Translations under genes and position numbers: made by a program | Source: a virus | Lineage: Duplodnaviria > Caudoviricetes | Strand: one strand, 5' to 3' | DNA length: 64,000 nt | IMG/VR virus record: IMGVR_UViG_2799112742_000018 | Location: 32,001-96,000 of that record | The notes under the pieces: generated by a model | What the model saw: only the letters and a program-made list of their open reading frames with translations | Told to the model about the DNA's origin: nothing | Databases searched by the model: none | Shown here: positions 29,364 through 39,849 of the stretch, in pieces | Numbering within the stretch: position 1 is the first letter of the stretch | How the letters are laid out: each line of letters starts with the position of its first letter

Positions 29364-29569
29364 AGCGTTGTCGGATTGATAAGAAGGGATTATTCCAACA
29401 ACGCATAGCCTTAACGTTCCACTATTACCCGCAGTTCAAACTTCAGGATATGACAGACGAGGAGTTTGCATTCTGGAGTGAAAATGCCCTTTGGTTACAT
29501 GAGCAAATGTCATTACTGAAACAAGGTAATACACTCGCAGCTATGGGTGGTGCTGGAGCCAATAGATAG
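29351..29569 (+). CDS. -1 frame extension of the tail chaperone (gpGT-like)
   Basis: Open -1 frame IERCRIDKKGLFQQRIAL...DMTDEEFAFWSENALWL entered at G-GTA-AAA. Confidence 0.65.
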   Translation, partial: GKSIERCRIDKKGLFQQRIALTFHYYPQFKLQDMTDEEFAFWSENALWLHEQMSLLKQGNTLAAMGGAGANR

Positions 29570-29580
29570 ATTTTCTTTCC

Positions 29581-29629
29581 AAAGGGTGACTTTTGAGGCA
29601 AAAACCTCATCAGTCACCCTTTTATTTTT
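29581..29629 (+). terminator. intrinsic terminator
   Basis: AAAGGGTGAC/GTCACCCTTT stem plus T-rich tail. Confidence 0.7.
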
Positions 29630-29656
29630 GTCTATTATTAAGAAAAACATTACGTA

Positions 29657-30940
29657 ATGGCAACAAAGTTAGGCGGTTTTAGTACTGGCACTATGGTCAG
29701 CAAGCCAGAGATAAGGGTTCCAATAGATGAATCTGTCTGTGGCATGATATTCGACATAGCAACAAGGGATAATATATTCTCAGGATATTCTAAGGCAAAA
29801 GTATATTTTGAGGATAATCAGGTTCAATGTATCAATAATGTAGATGAAGCCATCAGTCTCGGAATTGCGAAATTCGGAGTACTGAGTGGTGTGCCTTACT
29901 ATCATATTGAGCAGTTCTATAACTATGTCGGACATGATGCTAAACTCTATATTATGTTTGCCGACATAACAAATTCAAGTGTTGAAAATTCACCACTTGA
30001 GATAATGCTTACAGAAAGTAATTGCGAGGTGTTTCAGATTGGTATCTGGACTGAAAGTAACATATTCAATAAGCAAGATGACAATATTGTGTTTTCTGAC
30101 ATAATATCAAATATCCATGCTCAATCTCAGCAAATCAAAGGTACAAGCGAAGCACCGACATCATATCCATCAGCAGTTAATGTAATTGTCTGTGGAGGTC
30201 TCGGTGCTGGGGATCTTCATAAGAGTGACATCAATTATAAGAATCTACCAGATTGTACAGATATGAACTATGAGCTTCTATCTATCATCATCGGTGAATG
30301 CACAAATACTTCTGTCTTACCAATTGCTGATGATGCACAAGTAGGCATGATTGGTCTTGTAATGGGATGTCTTGCCACATGTGGTGCTGAGAATAGTATT
30401 GCCTGTGTAAAGGACTTTAATCTTAACAGAGATGATACATTTGCCAGTGCTAAATTGGGACTGGGAAGTGACGGAACTAATATAACAAATATTAATCGTA
30501 TTCAAGCTTCCATTCTTGCTCTGAAGGGATACATATTCCCAACAACATACGACTCTAAAGAAGGAGCTATATATCTATGCAGTGATAGCACAATGTCTAT
30601 GGGCGATTATGGATCTATTAGCAGTAATCGTATAATTGACAGACTGAGAAGGATCATGCGTAGAGCATTAGTTCCTATGATTAATGGTAGAATCGTTTTT
30701 GAAAAGAGAATGGATACCATATCTCAGGCTTCAATTACTGAGATAAAAAATAACATGAAGGATGCTATTGATACATATATGATAAATACCGAGGGACAGT
30801 CTCAGTTATCTGCTTATGAAATCAATATCAATAGTTATCAGCCAAAGGCTAAGGATGATCAAATTGAAATAGAAATTGCCTTTGCATATCTTGAGAGTGA
30901 AAATGTAATTAGTTTTATTGAACGCTACAATACTAAGTAA
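29657..30940 (+). CDS. second tail sheath-like protein (DUF2586-like paralogue)
   Basis: Colinear similarity to 26914-28278: MATKLGG, VCGMIFD, PYYH, QIGIWT, KGYIF and GDYGSISSNR. Confidence 0.8.
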   Translation: MATKLGGFSTGTMVSKPEIRVPIDESVCGMIFDIATRDNIFSGYSKAKVYFEDNQVQCINNVDEAISLGIAKFGVLSGVPYYHIEQFYNYVGHDAKLYIMFADITNSSVENSPLEIMLTESNCEVFQIGIWTESNIFNKQDDNIVFSDIISNIHAQSQQIKGTSEAPTSYPSAVNVIVCGGLGAGDLHKSDINYKNLPDCTDMNYELLSIIIGECTNTSVLPIADDAQVGMIGLVMGCLATCGAENSIACVKDFNLNRDDTFASAKLGLGSDGTNITNINRIQASILALKGYIFPTTYDSKEGAIYLCSDSTMSMGDYGSISSNRIIDRLRRIMRRALVPMINGRIVFEKRMDTISQASITEIKNNMKDAIDTYMINTEGQSQLSAYEININSYQPKAKDDQIEIEIAFAYLESENVISFIERYNTK

Positions 30941-30942
30941 TT

Positions 30943-33900
30943 ATGGCTGGAATATCACAGACAAAAACATACGGAGTAAGCTATGTTATTAATGGTGATG
31001 CTTCAAAACTTACAAGCGCCTTAACAGGAGCTAAAGAACAGGCTTCCCTTCTCAGTGATGCTCTTAGTGGTGCCCGCACAAACATGCAGGCTTTGTTTGG
31101 ACATGGATCTAATTTAACTGAGTCTTTTGAAAAACTAAATAAATTTTATAGTGAGGCTATAAAAGCGCAGAAGTCAGGACAAAGTAATGCTCTTTCAACC
31201 AGCGCTAAATTATCAGAAGATTTAACTAAAAAAACAAAAGCATTACGAAAGCAACTTGAAAGTAATCCGATAATTTCAGAAAAGGGACTAATTGGTGCTA
31301 ATATTGTTAAGAGTATTCAGAGCCAATTAAATGCTCATAAGTTTGGAATAACGGTAAGTCCAATATTGTCCGCTAATGCACAGGTAACACTTCAGGAACA
31401 ACTAAGCAAGTTGAGCCTAACCGTTAATGTTCAGCCAAACTTTAATAAAGCTAAGGATACTAAAAAAGGCGCTAACGCAGTATCCCCATCTCAGAAGAGA
31501 ACCTACACGTCTCCAACAGCTAAGGCTTCCGCTAATTCTTTGGCTCAAATTAGACAGGAACTTACTCAGCTTCAGAACTACATAAAGGCAAATCCTCTTA
31601 CTGGTAACTTCCGCGTAAACTACGGAGAAAGCCGCACTCAGGTTCAGCGTATTATCGGCAATCTGAGACAATATGCTATGACCAAACCTATCAGGGTTCC
31701 TGTAGAGGTTGTATGGGGTAATGCTGGAGGTCAACTTCAGAATATATTATCAGGTCTTCAGAGTTTTGCTAATGGACATGGCATAAAGACAACGGCAAAA
31801 GTATCAGGAACTGCTACAGGAGGCAGTACAGGTACTGGATCAACACTTACTGATGAACAGAAAAAAGAGTCTGCAATAAGGTCTGCTGCCAGATCTAAAT
31901 GGTCTTCTATGTTGGATAAGCAATTGGGTAATTACTATCCAGGATGGAAAGAAGAGCAGATGGCTAAATATGATAAGTGGGCGGCAAAATTTCCAGGAAT
32001 GGCTGGAGCAGAAAGACTTCAGAATTTTTCTGAAAATTATCGTCAACGCCAACTTCGCCAGACATCATTGGATAAAGCCAACAAGCAGGCAGAAAGGATA
32101 GAAAAACAACATCAAGCAAATAAGCAGAGGGTTACTGACTCTGTAATGCGTGATATTGAGAAGAGCAACAGAGCTGAAATAAAGGAAAAAGAAAGACTTG
32201 CAAGGGAAAGCCAAAAGGCGCAGGAAAGAATTGCAAGAGAACAGGCTAAGGCTCAAGAAAGACTTATAAAGGAGCAGGAAAGGGCTGCTCAAAGACAGGC
32301 AAGAGAGCAGGCTAAGGCTCAGAGAATAGCACAACAGAGAGCCAATGCCCAGCGTTATGTTCCTGGAGGCCCTAATGGGCCTATTCCTCCTGGTAGCAGA
32401 GGTGATATATACACCAGAATGCGTAAGTCTTGGTATCCATTTACAGGAAACACCTCATTTGGCGCTCGTACCCCAATGGCTCTTGATATGGCCAAGGGTA
32501 TGGGTATGATGTTCGCTGTCAGTGGTGTAATGCAGGCTGTGACAAGCTCTTTCCATCAGGTAGCTGAATACGAGAATATGATGAAGACCGTACAAGCTAT
32601 CCTGAAGACTAATGATGGCGGCGCTAACTTTAATGGTCGTTTCAAGGCTATGGAGGAAGAGGTTCGTAGGGTAGGGCGTGAGACTAAGTTCACAGCCCCA
32701 GAGGTTGCTGGTGCTGCTCGTTTTATGGCTATGGCTGGTCTTGGTATTGAGGATATTAATGCTGCTACCAACCCTATCGCTAACCTTGCTCTTGTTGGTG
32801 ACAATGATATGAGTACAACGGCTGATAAGATGACCAATATTATGACATCTTTCGGCTTGTTGAAGGGACTTAGTGCTGCTCAGAAGAAAGCTAATATGAG
32901 GCATACTTCAGATATTTTGACAAATACTTTTACAAAGTCAAATACTGATCTTATGCAATTGGCAGAGGCTATGCAGTACGCTGGCCCTATGTCACATCTT
33001 ACAGGTACATCCCTTGAGGATGCTGCCGCTATGGTTGGTGTCATGGGTAATGCTGGTATTCAGTCTTCTATGGCTGGTACTACGTTGCGTATGATGTACC
33101 AGAATATCATCAAGCCTAACAAGAAACAGGCTGCTGAATGGAAGAGACTTGGTATCAATACTAAGGATGATCAGGGCAGGAATCGTGACATATTTGAGAT
33201 ACTGAAGGATCTCCGAGCAAAGATTACTGGTACTACGGATTTGAATAGTAAGGTTGGAGCTGACCAGTTAAAGATAATGGGTGCTGAGGTGATGTCTCTC
33301 TTCAGAACAACTGCTGGTGCTGGTACTGCTGCTTTGCTTGAGAATCTTGGTGAGGCTATCAATCTTGCACAAAGTAACCGCGAATCTAACGGTGTTGCAC
33401 AGACTATTGCCGATGAGAAGAAGAATACTATCTCAGGTCTCTGGGCACAGGTAACATCTACATTCACAGATCAGAGTGTTAATACTGTGAATGAATTTGT
33501 CGAGACTATTAAAGATATGCTTCGTAATTTGAGGGATTGGCTTGCTTCTAAGGAGGCTGCCAATACTCTCAAGGAAATTTATTCTTTGGCAAAAAGTTTA
33601 ATTGAAGTTTTCGGAAGTGTTGCTAAAATATGGTTGGGAATATATAATTTTGCACCAAGTGTTGTAAAATTCTTTATTTCTTTCCAGTTATGGGCTACAC
33701 AATTAGGCTTCCTTGCTACACCTATTATACAGGTAACTGGCGCAATAGCAACATTAAAAAATACATTATTGGGATTATTAGGAGTATCAACCACTGTATC
33801 TGGCGGTCTTGCAAGAGGTATGGGAGGATATTTGCCTATTGCGGCCAATGGTATTGGTGTCAGTAGAATTGCACAATCAAATATTGATAATGGTGGTCTT

Positions 33901-36330
33901 GTTCTTGCTAATATTCAAGGTGGAAGAAAAAGAATACCAGAAAGTATAAGACAGGATATGATGGCATATAGGGCTGCAAATTGGCCAAATAATATGTCTT
34001 CTTATGCTATGGGTAGAGATCGTGTAAGGAGTTTAACAAAAATTTATAAAAATTTTGATCCAGCAGCTTATGGAACTATGGCTGTTGGTACTGGCGCTCT
34101 TACTGCAAATAATATTGCGCGTTTTTACAATGGAAATGCAAGTCTTCCAAGCGCACAATTAGCAAGGCTTCAAATGAGAAATATGCTTGTTAAGGCAGGA
34201 AGAGAAACAAACGCATTACGTCCTTCAAATAGAATCCCAAGATATTACAATACTGCTGGTATTACAAGGGTTATGCCATTCTATCAGTATGCAAACAATA
34301 GTAATGCCGTATTGTATGGTGGTACAGCAATAACTTCATTGGCAGATACATATAGAAGAAAATCTGGCCAATATAATACATTAGCTCTTAGACTTTCTCC
34401 TGACGATAAAAGAAGAGGAGAATTGTTTGCTAAGGCAAATAAAATGATGAGAGCTGCTGATGTAGCTGAAGCTGCACAGAAAAAAGCACGTAAAGATGCA
34501 ATATTCGCAGCAGCAGCAAAAAGACACGCTACGAGAACTATTGGTAATGATGTTCTTCTTCGTGGAATGTCAAGGGGAAAATTTGGATATGGGGGAGCAT
34601 TTGGCGCTGCCTTACAATCTGGCATAGCTATGGGGGCATGGAGTGGCATTAATGGTATCAAACAAATTTTCCAATCATTAAGTCTTTATCTTGCAAAAGG
34701 AATAGGCCTATTAATGAGTCCAGTGGGTGCTGTTACCGCAGGATTAGTAACATTAGGTGTAACTTTATACAAAGTTTATGAACATGTAAAAGAAGTAAAC
34801 AGACAACATGAGGTAGCAATAATAAACTATCAGAAAATGTCAGACGCATTATCTAAAGATAGGGAAAATCTTATTAATATGGGTAATGCTATTGGTGGTT
34901 TTAGTGTAATTAATTCTGGGTATCAAAGAGAGATGTCTTCTACCCCAACATCTTATACCCTTCCAACAGAATATACAAAGGGTATATTGAATGACACAGG
35001 TAAATTATTACCAAGTGAAATTGTTAAAAGCTATGTTTCATTATATGGTAAATATTTACCAAGCGGAACAATAGAGACATTCTTGAAACGTACACCAGAT
35101 TATACATCAATGTCAAATTATGAGGATCCACATGATTTGTTTGGTGGTGCTACGGTAAAAAATGAAAAGGGCAGCAAAAATGCTCAAAGACTTGCTGTTG
35201 TTGCTCAATGGGCTAAATTTGCCACAGAGCAAGACGATGTTCAGAAAGCAGCCAGGGCTATTCTTGAGGCTCAGTCAAAGGGTGATCTGAAACAAGTTCG
35301 TGCAATTCTTGATCAGTTTAAGGTTCCAACAAATGCCAAGAGCATGTTGAGCATGAATAAGAATGCGGAGGAACTTTCAAAGCTTGAAAATGCAGACAAA
35401 ACATTTGAGTTTATGTATGCTCAGCTTAATTATCTGAAAGAAATAGCTGACAAGATGGATATTCCTATTCAGAATTACACTAAGGCAATGGAGTTAATAG
35501 ATGAGTTATCTAAACAAAAAGGAAAGATTTCCTCAGATAGCATCAAGGAACTGTCAACAACATTGTTAAAGGCACAATCTGTATCTTGGAGAGGTAAAAC
35601 AGGTTCTCTTATACTTGGTAAGGATAATAAAGTTGATTGGCTTGCAATGGCTAAACAATTTAATGAAAGTATTCCTTTTACATTGGCTGAACAACAGCAA
35701 ATCATGTATGATGCACTTGACAATATATTTGATAATGAAAATATGGATAAGATTCCTGAAATAGCAACTTTGGTAGCGAGATACCTTCCATTACTTCAGA
35801 ATCTTACACCATTTGATAGTAACGGTTTATCATATACTTCTAACTCTATCCAATCCGTAGCTAACAAAATCAAAGATTCACAAAAGCATTTTACTGGTAT
35901 GGCTTCAGAGAATGCTGATGAGCGCGAGTCAATGGTAAAGAATATAATGCAATGGATAAGATCAAGAAAAGGAGATAGGGGGCAGGATTTAACACAGCAA
36001 AATATTGACAATCTATATGCACTATTGAAAAAATGGGGATATGATAAAAAGGGACATAAAATAGTTGCTCCTGAAAAGAATACATCCATTACCCCTCCAG
36101 GCACTTCAGATCAGTCTGCATACGATTCTAAATACAACAATCATCAGGCTCGTCCAACGCAGATTATCTTTGATATTGATAATCTTGTTAAATTCGACAA
36201 TACTCAAGTCAATAGTTTGGATCAAAAGGGTATTGCAGAATCCGTTGGCAGACAGATGGCTGAAGGTCTTCATTTGATGTTTGCACAAGCAGCTTCTGAA
36301 TTTGGAATCGTCGCAGAACATAACGGATAG
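30943..36330 (+). CDS. tape measure protein, TP901-type core
   Basis: 1795 aa; TKFTAPEVA, SNTDLMQLAEAMQYAGP and GNAGIQSSMAGTTLR. Confidence 0.92.
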   Translation: MAGISQTKTYGVSYVINGDASKLTSALTGAKEQASLLSDALSGARTNMQALFGHGSNLTESFEKLNKFYSEAIKAQKSGQSNALSTSAKLSEDLTKKTKALRKQLESNPIISEKGLIGANIVKSIQSQLNAHKFGITVSPILSANAQVTLQEQLSKLSLTVNVQPNFNKAKDTKKGANAVSPSQKRTYTSPTAKASANSLAQIRQELTQLQNYIKANPLTGNFRVNYGESRTQVQRIIGNLRQYAMTKPIRVPVEVVWGNAGGQLQNILSGLQSFANGHGIKTTAKVSGTATGGSTGTGSTLTDEQKKESAIRSAARSKWSSMLDKQLGNYYPGWKEEQMAKYDKWAAKFPGMAGAERLQNFSENYRQRQLRQTSLDKANKQAERIEKQHQANKQRVTDSVMRDIEKSNRAEIKEKERLARESQKAQERIAREQAKAQERLIKEQERAAQRQAREQAKAQRIAQQRANAQRYVPGGPNGPIPPGSRGDIYTRMRKSWYPFTGNTSFGARTPMALDMAKGMGMMFAVSGVMQAVTSSFHQVAEYENMMKTVQAILKTNDGGANFNGRFKAMEEEVRRVGRETKFTAPEVAGAARFMAMAGLGIEDINAATNPIANLALVGDNDMSTTADKMTNIMTSFGLLKGLSAAQKKANMRHTSDILTNTFTKSNTDLMQLAEAMQYAGPMSHLTGTSLEDAAAMVGVMGNAGIQSSMAGTTLRMMYQNIIKPNKKQAAEWKRLGINTKDDQGRNRDIFEILKDLRAKITGTTDLNSKVGADQLKIMGAEVMSLFRTTAGAGTAALLENLGEAINLAQSNRESNGVAQTIADEKKNTISGLWAQVTSTFTDQSVNTVNEFVETIKDMLRNLRDWLASKEAANTLKEIYSLAKSLIEVFGSVAKIWLGIYNFAPSVVKFFISFQLWATQLGFLATPIIQVTGAIATLKNTLLGLLGVSTTVSGGLARGMGGYLPIAANGIGVSRIAQSNIDNGGLVLANIQGGRKRIPESIRQDMMAYRAANWPNNMSSYAMGRDRVRSLTKIYKNFDPAAYGTMAVGTGALTANNIARFYNGNASLPSAQLARLQMRNMLVKAGRETNALRPSNRIPRYYNTAGITRVMPFYQYANNSNAVLYGGTAITSLADTYRRKSGQYNTLALRLSPDDKRRGELFAKANKMMRAADVAEAAQKKARKDAIFAAAAKRHATRTIGNDVLLRGMSRGKFGYGGAFGAALQSGIAMGAWSGINGIKQIFQSLSLYLAKGIGLLMSPVGAVTAGLVTLGVTLYKVYEHVKEVNRQHEVAIINYQKMSDALSKDRENLINMGNAIGGFSVINSGYQREMSSTPTSYTLPTEYTKGILNDTGKLLPSEIVKSYVSLYGKYLPSGTIETFLKRTPDYTSMSNYEDPHDLFGGATVKNEKGSKNAQRLAVVAQWAKFATEQDDVQKAARAILEAQSKGDLKQVRAILDQFKVPTNAKSMLSMNKNAEELSKLENADKTFEFMYAQLNYLKEIADKMDIPIQNYTKAMELIDELSKQKGKISSDSIKELSTTLLKAQSVSWRGKTGSLILGKDNKVDWLAMAKQFNESIPFTLAEQQQIMYDALDNIFDNENMDKIPEIATLVARYLPLLQNLTPFDSNGLSYTSNSIQSVANKIKDSQKHFTGMASENADERESMVKNIMQWIRSRKGDRGQDLTQQNIDNLYALLKKWGYDKKGHKIVAPEKNTSITPPGTSDQSAYDSKYNNHQARPTQIIFDIDNLVKFDNTQVNSLDQKGIAESVGRQMAEGLHLMFAQAASEFGIVAEHNG

Positions 36331-36369
36331 GCTATGTAGGAAAACCTATTATTAAGAAAGATAATAATT

Positions 36370-37470
36370 ATGGCATCATTATTCCAGAACTTATCCGTAA
36401 CCGCTATACCAACTGTAAATTATGCGTATGACATAGTATCAGGCTATGCCATACGCACTCTTAGTAATAAGATGGATGAGATCATCAATGGTAAGAGGCA
36501 AGTCAGATTCTACTATAGGAGAGATAACAGATCATTCTTTCAAGTATTGGTGGATTCTGCCCTTCAGTATGCTTCTACAGAATTGAAGAATGCCATGTAC
36601 AAAGCGGTTAGGGATAAGTTTCAAAAACAAAGAAAAGAGGAATATGTCAATCTTGTTAAGGATCGTAGAAAAACCAAACTGGTAAGTAGTGGTAATCTTC
36701 AGATACGTAACTATGGTGTGATGACAGTCCCCATTGTTGATGAAAAAAATAAATTTGGAACAATTGAATGTAAGGATACTTATGGAAATAGTTGTAGTGA
36801 TGGTTTGATGTTGAAAATACCAACAAACTACAATGTCAAATACACAAGGTATCAAAATTATGTTTCACACTATGATACGGTATCAGTATCCGTAGGTAAT
36901 AATAAAGATATAGAGTCAACCTTTGAGTCTAAGTATCTTGTCTGGAGCGATGCTACCTCAATGATAACTTTTCAGAGCAATAAGAATACAATTATAACAC
37001 CAGTTGTCGGCAGAGACTATTCTCGTAAGGAGCTTGCATCTAATGGTGATATAAAGTTCTCAGTATCAGGTCATATACTTTCAGGAATGGCTGAGGTGTT
37101 TCCTACAGAACAGGTACAGAAATTCATCCAGATAATGCAGTACAAAGGACTTATTGAAATCAACAATATTCTCCTTGATCAATTTGGTATTGAAAAGATA
37201 CTTGTACTTGATTTTAGCATTACACCATTGGAAGGAACAAAGTCTCAGGTGGACTATTCATTCAATGCAATAGGTATCCAACCAAGACATGAAATTGAAA
37301 TTACCGATGATACGCTATACTTGGATGACATTATATTTAATATGCAGACATCTGATGAAGAGGATGCTTGGACTAAGTGGTTCAATGCAAAGGCTGAGGG
37401 TACTGCGTATTCTGTTATTGAAGTTCTTGATACTGGTATCAATGCCGCTATCAACAAAATCCATATCTAA
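36370..37470 (+). CDS. baseplate/tube initiator protein, DUF6046-like
   Basis: KNTIITPVVGRDYSRKELASNGD; directly after the TMP gene. Confidence 0.7.
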   Translation: MASLFQNLSVTAIPTVNYAYDIVSGYAIRTLSNKMDEIINGKRQVRFYYRRDNRSFFQVLVDSALQYASTELKNAMYKAVRDKFQKQRKEEYVNLVKDRRKTKLVSSGNLQIRNYGVMTVPIVDEKNKFGTIECKDTYGNSCSDGLMLKIPTNYNVKYTRYQNYVSHYDTVSVSVGNNKDIESTFESKYLVWSDATSMITFQSNKNTIITPVVGRDYSRKELASNGDIKFSVSGHILSGMAEVFPTEQVQKFIQIMQYKGLIEINNILLDQFGIEKILVLDFSITPLEGTKSQVDYSFNAIGIQPRHEIEITDDTLYLDDIIFNMQTSDEEDAWTKWFNAKAEGTAYSVIEVLDTGINAAINKIHI

Positions 37471-37471
37471 T

Positions 37472-39001
37472 ATGCCAGATTATAACAATATACAAACATA
37501 CGGACAGACACCGAAATATATAGTAAGGGGACACAATGATGATCTCCTTGCTATTATGTTCTGTGAGATTAAGATATGGAGAGCTACTAAGGAAGACTGG
37601 TGGACACCTAAAGACTATATTCGTCTTACCGAGGTTGAATCCATAGATATTCAGAAATCATATAAGAAAATTATCCAGAAAGCAACCGTAAAGTTTCCGC
37701 GAGGCACTGTTGTAGGACAAAGAATAAGCGATACAAAAAAAGATGAAAAGGTATCAACAGGAAACAATACGGATGCAAAAGAGGAAACATCTCTGATAGA
37801 ATCCACCAATTATGGTGAGGTTATAGTTCCAGGCTCTGCAACCAATGTAATAAATGCTTTTCGTAAGGATGATGGTATTATTATTGTTGGTAGAAATGGA
37901 GAACAGGAGTTTAAGCCTAAGATGATAAGTACAGGAGATAGGATTGAGATTCGTCTTGCTTATGCTTATTCTGAAGATGAATATACATTGTATAAGAGTG
38001 GAAAGATACAAGGACACCTGGAGTTCTCAGGTTTTGTATCTAAGTGTTCCGTAAGCACACCTCTAATTCTTCAGTGTGAGGATATGATGTCTATTCTAAA
38101 GACCTTTTCATGTCCTGATAATGTGGCTAAGAAGAACTATACCGTTAATGATTATCTTTGTGATGATGGTATATTCAAGCTGTTAAAAGGAACAGGGCTG
38201 AAGATTGACGATGATACAAAAGCAGCAAAGATAAATGTCGGCAGGGTAAATATGACAAATGACCTTGTTGTTGCTGACATTCTTGATGAGTGGTCTAAGT
38301 GTGGCTTGTATGCCTATATGAATGAAAATGATAATTTTAGAACAATCAGAGTAGGCAGAGTTTATACTTCAGGGTTTAATTTTGGTAAGAATGGAAATGT
38401 CGTTCAGGCTCAAGCTGGCGTTCATATTATTCAATTTGATTGGGATGTTGCTAATGATTCTCTTGATGTTGTTGAAAGAGATAAGCGATACCTTGCTATT
38501 GAATGTAGTGGCATGAAGGCGAATGGCACATATATTAAGTTTACTATTAGAAAGGATAAGGATGATAACTGGGATGTTATTAACGAGCGAGATAATATTC
38601 AGGCAAGGACTGGTAGAAAAACAACTGATAAGACTGCCAGTGTTCAAGGTGTAAAGATGCAACACCCACCTAAAATAGATCTTTCAGACTATAATAAAGT
38701 AAGCTATATTTCACCAACAAACCCAATAACAAAAGATAAGCTGATAAGTGAAGGCAAGGCTTATTATGAGAAGTTCAATCCTAATGGTGTATCTGGAAAG
38801 CTTACTATATTTGGTGACAGATATATAAAACCAACGGATACCGTAGGATTATTAGATATGAGACACCCAGAAAGAAATGGCTTCTATTTTGTTTCTGAGG
38901 TTAATACAAAGTTCAGTGTTTCAGGAGGTTTTAGAAGGGAATTAAGCATACCTTATAGACTTGCTAAGTTTCCAAAAGATCAACCGATAACCATTAAGTA
39001 A
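37472..39001 (+). CDS. baseplate hub protein (late control D-like)
   Basis: GDRIEIRL, EFSGFV, LQCEDMM and GVSGKLTIFG; likely start MPDY at 37472. Confidence 0.8.
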   Translation: MPDYNNIQTYGQTPKYIVRGHNDDLLAIMFCEIKIWRATKEDWWTPKDYIRLTEVESIDIQKSYKKIIQKATVKFPRGTVVGQRISDTKKDEKVSTGNNTDAKEETSLIESTNYGEVIVPGSATNVINAFRKDDGIIIVGRNGEQEFKPKMISTGDRIEIRLAYAYSEDEYTLYKSGKIQGHLEFSGFVSKCSVSTPLILQCEDMMSILKTFSCPDNVAKKNYTVNDYLCDDGIFKLLKGTGLKIDDDTKAAKINVGRVNMTNDLVVADILDEWSKCGLYAYMNENDNFRTIRVGRVYTSGFNFGKNGNVVQAQAGVHIIQFDWDVANDSLDVVERDKRYLAIECSGMKANGTYIKFTIRKDKDDNWDVINERDNIQARTGRKTTDKTASVQGVKMQHPPKIDLSDYNKVSYISPTNPITKDKLISEGKAYYEKFNPNGVSGKLTIFGDRYIKPTDTVGLLDMRHPERNGFYFVSEVNTKFSVSGGFRRELSIPYRLAKFPKDQPITIK

Positions 39002-39002
39002 T

Positions 39003-39827
39003 ATGGCAGAAAATGTATTCAAAGATGAGCTTTTGAAATATACAGATGACTTTGCAAAGGCGGTTCAAACAATAGCTCAGAAAAAGTTGTCAAATAGAAA
39101 GGGTGCCCCTATCGGTACTCAAAAAATTGATGGCTATGTTTCATATATACATGATGATCAAAATGATCCTCTTTATGGTACGGTAGATGTTCAGGAATTT
39201 GGTTATGATCCTGTAATAGATTATCCTGAAGGTTTTCATGAGGGTGTTCAAATATCTGCTGTTCCAGGCGATGATAATGGTATGTATATTGTACCAATGC
39301 TATTGTCTGATGTTGTTATTAACACAGAACCTATAAGTCCATTCAGGGAATTTATAGTGGCATATTCAAGGGCTAAGATAATGCACCTTCATAGTCATGA
39401 TAGGGTAACAATAGGCGTTGATGAAACCGCTAAAATGGCAAAACCTGAAGAGGAACTTAGCGATATAAGAATGCTGAAAAATACAGGAAATTCATCAAAT
39501 ACCTTATATGAAAAAGACAAGGTAGTTCATACTGTCGTGAGAAATGGTCAGGTATCTTGTTTTATTTCATTGGATGCTGATGGTACTGTCAGAGTAAGCG
39601 GTAAGAATATTAAAATAGATGGAGATACCGTTAAGCATAATTCTGGTGAGCAGAAAATGGTGTTGGGAGATAAGCTTATAGGTCATTTACAGGATCTTTG
39701 CCAGGCAATCGCTACTATGGCTATATCAACCCCACAAGGAGCTGGTTTTGTAGCTAATCAGGCACCATTTACAAAGATAGCCAGTCAATTAGCTAACGAC
39801 CTGTCTCAGAAGTCATATCTGGAATAA
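39003..39827 (+). CDS. baseplate central spike (gpV/gp45-like)
   Basis: OB-fold-like N-terminus (GTVDV, IVPMLLSDV), beta-rich C-terminus; after the hub gene. Confidence 0.7.
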   Translation: MAENVFKDELLKYTDDFAKAVQTIAQKKLSNRKGAPIGTQKIDGYVSYIHDDQNDPLYGTVDVQEFGYDPVIDYPEGFHEGVQISAVPGDDNGMYIVPMLLSDVVINTEPISPFREFIVAYSRAKIMHLHSHDRVTIGVDETAKMAKPEEELSDIRMLKNTGNSSNTLYEKDKVVHTVVRNGQVSCFISLDADGTVRVSGKNIKIDGDTVKHNSGEQKMVLGDKLIGHLQDLCQAIATMAISTPQGAGFVANQAPFTKIASQLANDLSQKSYLE

Positions 39828-39849
39828 GACTATTAATAATAAAGACAAT

